A stretch of DNA of 62,816 nucleotides, filler included, from Anaerolineae bacterium (GTDB taxonomy: Bacteria > Chloroflexota > Anaerolineae > Epilineales > Epilineaceae): assembly GCA_029262755.1 (NCBI GenBank). It is 4 parts of 4 records of this genome, joined end to end, with 100 filler letters (N's around TTAATTAATTAA, not from the genome) between each part and the next. Parts side by side here need not be neighbours in the genome. Positions count along the whole stretch, not along the records: positions 55,209 to 62,816 come from JAJCYU010000341.1; 3 more parts are not named here. The stretch is one strand, 5' to 3'. Shown here in pieces: positions 59,416 to 62,816 of this stretch. The translations under genes were made by a program, and so were the position numbers. Below the pieces are notes generated by a model. It saw only the letters and a list, made by a program, of their open reading frames with translations. It had not been told where the DNA came from and did no database searches. The stretch's first letter is position 1, and the number at the start of each line of letters is the position of its first letter.

Positions 59416-61491
59416 ATGGGCCAGCGTACGAGGGACGACCGACGCGATGTCGAACACGATGGGGCGCGGCGCAATGAGCCAGGCGCGGCGCAGGGCAAGG
59501 CGCACGGCGCAGCGCAGGATGCGCGGGATTCGCAGGCCGCCGGTGCCGACGCGACGCGGGACGCGACGCGTAGTTCTGCGCGAGACGCGACGCCGCCGGA
59601 GGTCGATGCACTGGCCGCGCACCTCGATGCAAGCGCACTCGCCCGCAGTGCGCGAAGCTCGCACAGCGGCGATGTACGCGGCTCCGACGCGCATGGTGAC
59701 GATGTACGGGCCGCCGATGTACGGGGAGATCGTGCGGCCGGCGATCGTGCGACCGGGGATCGTGCGACCGGCGATCACGCGGCCGGAGATCGTGCGGCCG
59801 GCGATCATCTACGCGACGGCGACATTCATCGTGTCGATGCCGGTAGGCGCGAAAGGCACGATGCCGGACCTGCCGTGGAGGCCGCGGCTCTGGGCGAGAT
59901 GGCTGCGATCGCCGAGCGCCTCGCGCGCTACGAGACGCCGCGGCGGGCGGCCTTTGACGAACGGATGCATCGCGCGATCGCGTCGTGGCCGGCGGAAGAG
60001 TGCGCGGCGCAGCGGGGGGTCGGGCACGGAGCGCAGAACCGGGCGGAACCGGTAGCAGAAGCGCTTCGCCTGCCCGTGCGCTCTTCGGGTTCGCGTCTCC
60101 TCCGCCGCATGGCACTGCGAACCGTTGGGCTTGCGGCCGCCGTGGTGTTGAGCTTCGGCGGCCTGCGCGCCGTATCCGCTGACAGCCGCCCGGGCGACGC
60201 ACTTTGGCCGGTGCAGCGCGCCGTCCGCAGCGTCGAGCGTCTCATGGCCGCGACCGTCGAGGGCTTGCCCCCCGTGCTGCGCGGCGACGGCGTGCTCGGC
60301 TGGAGTGCGGGTCGCGGACCGGATGCGGCCGGAGCCGGCGAAGGCGTCGTTGACGTTACTGAGGACGGGAATGGTGAGGGTGCGCGCGGTGGCGAGGGGA
60401 GCCACAACGGTCCGCAAGACAGCCACGCGGACGGTAGATCACGCGAGCCGCGCGCGACCAGCGTGGTGCGGCAGGGCGATCGCGACGCGGCCCTGGATCG
60501 GAGCGGAGCGAGCGGCCCGAACGCGATTGCGATTCGAACCCACCAGGGAGGCACGACGGTGGCCGGCGCGGCAGGGGCAATCGCGACCACCCGCGCGGAT
60601 GCGGACGCGACCGAGGCGCGCATCGTGATGGCGCAGGTGGCGGCAACCAACGTGGCCGCGGCGACGGCTTCGGCGGTCCGGTCGGAGCTCTCGCCGCGCA
60701 CCCAGGAGCCGCCCAACGATCCGGAGCGCACCCAGCGGCCACCCGACTCCGGATCGGATCCGGGAGCCGGCAAGTCGCCGGAGCCGCGCGACACACCGTC
60801 GCCGGTGCCACCCACGCCAATCACGCCGCCCGTGCTTACCGAGACGCCGCAGGCACAGACGCCGGATACGCCCGAGCCGCTTACGCCCCCGCCGGGTCCG
60901 CCGACGATCGTCACGCCCATCCAGCCTCCCCCGACCCCCACCGGCGGGCCCAATCAGCCGCCCGGTGGACCGGGCGTTCCCGAACCCGCGTGCCGCTCTT
61001 CGATCGGCGGGCGGGTCCAGCTGCCGAGCGGTGCGTTCGCGGACCGCGCGTTGGTCATGCTGTTCCGGATCTCGCCTAGCGAGCCGCCTCCAGCTTGGCC
61101 CTGGCCGTTCCCGGTCCCACCGCCTGCCACGAACTGGCCACGGCAGGTACCGACCAACGACGAAGGTGTCTACGTGTTCGAGTCTCTGTGCGAAGGCGAC
61201 TACTTGGTCTACGCGGAGGCGCTTGGACCCGGCGGGCCATTGCACGGCATCCACCAACGGACCGCGAGCGAGCCGTGGCTGCGCATCACCGGGCTCGAAA
61301 CGGAACTGCGCGGGATCGACGTTCCGCTGCAGTCCGTCCCAACGCCCATGCCACCGGCGGGTCCCGTTCCAAGCGCTACGCCTCGCGGTTCCGGCGGTCT
61401 ACCTCCCGGTGGACCGACCCCGCCGGAACCGCCGGGCATCGGCCTACCGGCACCGGCGACAGCAACGCCGACGGCTACGGTCGAACCGTAG
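59416..61491 (+). CDS. Putative anti-sigma factor: TM + DUF5667-like domain, Pro/Thr stalk and one carboxypeptidase-regulatory-like domain
   Basis: Starts 1 nt after the sigma stop. TM segment, then ADSRPGDALWPVQR (DUF5667-like SLPGDxLYxVKR), then C-terminal TNDEGVYVFESLCEGDY. Confidence 0.75.
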   Translation: MGQRTRDDRRDVEHDGARRNEPGAAQGKAHGAAQDARDSQAAGADATRDATRSSARDATPPEVDALAAHLDASALARSARSSHSGDVRGSDAHGDDVRAADVRGDRAAGDRATGDRATGDHAAGDRAAGDHLRDGDIHRVDAGRRERHDAGPAVEAAALGEMAAIAERLARYETPRRAAFDERMHRAIASWPAEECAAQRGVGHGAQNRAEPVAEALRLPVRSSGSRLLRRMALRTVGLAAAVVLSFGGLRAVSADSRPGDALWPVQRAVRSVERLMAATVEGLPPVLRGDGVLGWSAGRGPDAAGAGEGVVDVTEDGNGEGARGGEGSHNGPQDSHADGRSREPRATSVVRQGDRDAALDRSGASGPNAIAIRTHQGGTTVAGAAGAIATTRADADATEARIVMAQVAATNVAAATASAVRSELSPRTQEPPNDPERTQRPPDSGSDPGAGKSPEPRDTPSPVPPTPITPPVLTETPQAQTPDTPEPLTPPPGPPTIVTPIQPPPTPTGGPNQPPGGPGVPEPACRSSIGGRVQLPSGAFADRALVMLFRISPSEPPPAWPWPFPVPPPATNWPRQVPTNDEGVYVFESLCEGDYLVYAEALGPGGPLHGIHQRTASEPWLRITGLETELRGIDVPLQSVPTPMPPAGPVPSATPRGSGGLPPGGPTPPEPPGIGLPAPATATPTATVEP
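59725..59808 (+). repeat. 15-bp coding tandem repeat (GD[RH]A[AT] x5)
   Basis: GGNGATCGTGCG[GA]CC-type units within the anti-sigma N-terminus. Confidence 0.8.
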
Positions 61492-61553
61492 CCTAGCGTG
61501 GACGAGTAGTCGTTGCCCACGGGTGCCAGGGCCGTGGCGCGCGTCCAAAGGGA

Positions 61554-61712
61554 GCAGCGGTCGCCGTCGCCTGCCGATGCTAGTGCGGGCGCTGGGGCGG
61601 TCGCCGGCTAGCAGCGGTCGCCGTCGCCTGCCGATGCAGGTGCCATCGCGTTCGTCCGCGCCGTGCAACGGTTGCCGCCGCCTGCCCGTGCAGGTGCCGT
61701 CGCGCTCATCTG
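61554..61712. repeat. Intergenic degenerate direct repeats (27-bp core, period 54-57 nt)
   Basis: GCAGCGGTCGCCGTCGCCTGCCGATGC at 61554 and 61611, with a diverged copy at 61665. Confidence 0.75.
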
Positions 61713-61745
61713 CCATGTAGCGAGCGCTCCGGAGAGTCGGTCCAC

Positions 61746-62540
61746 CTACCGCCGCCAGACGGAATCCCCGTACACGGCTTGGAGCAGGCCGATGACCAGT
61801 CCGAAGGCCGCGATGGACAGGAGGTGGCTCGGAATCCAGGCGCCGGCGAGGCCTGTGACCAGGCTTGCCAGAACCACCGCGGCGAGCAGGCCGGCGCGGC
61901 CGGCCGTCATGCGGTGGCCTTCGTTGAGCGGCATGCGCGGGCGCCACCAGGCAATCGCGCCGCCGCCGGTCAGCGCCAGGCCGAGGAGGATCGCGGCGAA
62001 GGCGATGACGCGGCCGGGGATGCCGACCGGGCCGAGCACGAGGATGCCGCACGAGGCCTGGCGCGCAGGGCTGCCGGGGCCGCGCATGGCCAGGACGCGC
62101 GCCATCACGAAGCGGCCGTACGCGGCGTCCGAGGCGGATATCGGCCACGTCAGGGTTTCGCTGGCGCCGGGTGCGAGGGAGACCTGCCGCGTTTCCTCGC
62201 GCACGAGGGTCACGAAGCCTTCCGTGATGCGTGTGCGGACCAGGAAGGAAGTGGGGCGATCCGCGTCGTTGTCGAAGCGGGCGTGGATGGCGGACTCTTC
62301 GCCCTGGCTGATGAGCCACGGGCATGCAAGGTCTCGCAGTGCCTCGTCCGCCACCAAGACGGTTGCGTTGTCGAAGACGCCGGCCTCCATGTCGGGCCAG
62401 GCGGACGCAAAGCCGAGCACGGCAAGCCAGAGCAGGCCGAGGTAGAAGAAGATGGCCGCGAGGCGCGTCGCCGGCCGGCGAACACTGCCTGCGTCGCTTG
62501 GCTTGTTAGCGCTGTCTCGGCTGCTTGGGGGCGCGTTCAT
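61746..62540 (-). CDS. Hypothetical membrane protein (N-terminal TM, Ig-like loop with two Cys, three C-terminal TMs)
   Basis: Hydrophobic segments flanking LACPWLI...QASCGIL. Confidence 0.7.
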   Translation of the reverse strand: MNAPPSSRDSANKPSDAGSVRRPATRLAAIFFYLGLLWLAVLGFASAWPDMEAGVFDNATVLVADEALRDLACPWLISQGEESAIHARFDNDADRPTSFLVRTRITEGFVTLVREETRQVSLAPGASETLTWPISASDAAYGRFVMARVLAMRGPGSPARQASCGILVLGPVGIPGRVIAFAAILLGLALTGGGAIAWWRPRMPLNEGHRMTAGRAGLLAAVVLASLVTGLAGAWIPSHLLSIAAFGLVIGLLQAVYGDSVWRR

Positions 62541-62645
62541 ATCGCCAATGGTACGTCAATGCGGCGGCTGCGGTTCGATCGCGCGCGTTCCGGAGTCGCC
62601 TTACAGACTGTCGCGCCTCAAAGGAGGGAGCACATGGAGTGAGGG

Positions 62646-62816
62646 CTACCGCCCGCAGGGCAGGCTGCCGGCGATATCGCTGTAGATGCGGAGCAGATCG
62701 GCCGAGCTGGCCGCCGCGAAGTATCGTTCGTCATGTGGTGCCACGATCTGGCGAAGGAGGCCCGTGTCCACGTCGCCGCCGACGCCGATCGCGTAGACCG
62801 CCAGGTCCATGCCCGA
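62646..62816 (-). CDS. C-terminal end of a VWA-domain protein (not in the ORF track)
   Basis: Manual translation SGMDLAVYAIGVGGDVDTGLLRQIVAPHDERYFAAASSADLLRIYSDIAGSLPCGR* aligns with the VWA end of the 38918 gene. Confidence 0.85.
   Translation of the reverse strand, partial: SGMDLAVYAIGVGGDVDTGLLRQIVAPHDERYFAAASSADLLRIYSDIAGSLPCGR

Noticed and set aside
61554..61712. Possible CRISPR mini-array
   Set aside because: Only three copies, one degenerate, with related intervening sequences and no leader or cas genes.
1..62816. tRNA or rRNA genes
   Set aside because: No cloverleaf or rRNA-like conserved segments were recognised in the intergenic regions by eye. A tRNAscan/Infernal run would be needed to exclude them.

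Overview
High-GC bacterial draft or metagenome-assembled sequence. Gene content and recurring protein motifs suggest Chloroflexota (inference). Four contigs are joined by artificial 100-nt N/TTAATTAATTAA/N linkers, so adjacency across the linkers is not evidence of linkage. Contig 1 (1-30031) holds a LonC-type protease, a dipeptide-type ABC importer, a six-gene caa3-type (A2) cytochrome c oxidase operon with a clear sigma70 promoter and terminal hairpin, an MBL-rhodanese fusion, a secreted clan GH-A hydrolase, an HU-like protein, an orphan Rieske protein, a beta-propeller protein, YndJ plus an ABC exporter, a DUF2270-DUF2179 fusion and an FG-GAP protein. Contig 2 (30132-51659) holds a secreted dikinase-like protein with glucan-water-dikinase domain order, a Pls/PosA-type poly(amino acid) synthetase, GNAT and CBS genes, four co-oriented surface proteins, Uma2 and a tandem radical-SAM pair. 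Contig 3 (51760-55108) holds a sensor gene fragment, a complete IS1380-family element and a 53-bp tandem repeat array. Contig 4 (55209-62816) holds DUF368, a secreted five-repeat protein, an ECF sigma factor and a DUF5667 anti-sigma candidate. The best candidates for undescribed biology are (1) the ECF/anti-sigma module whose putative sensor domain is a copy of the neighbouring secreted repeat, (2) the exported GWD/PWD-like dikinase, and (3) a Y-[LM]-P motif shared by six unrelated exported proteins. All family calls come from motif recognition, not database searches.
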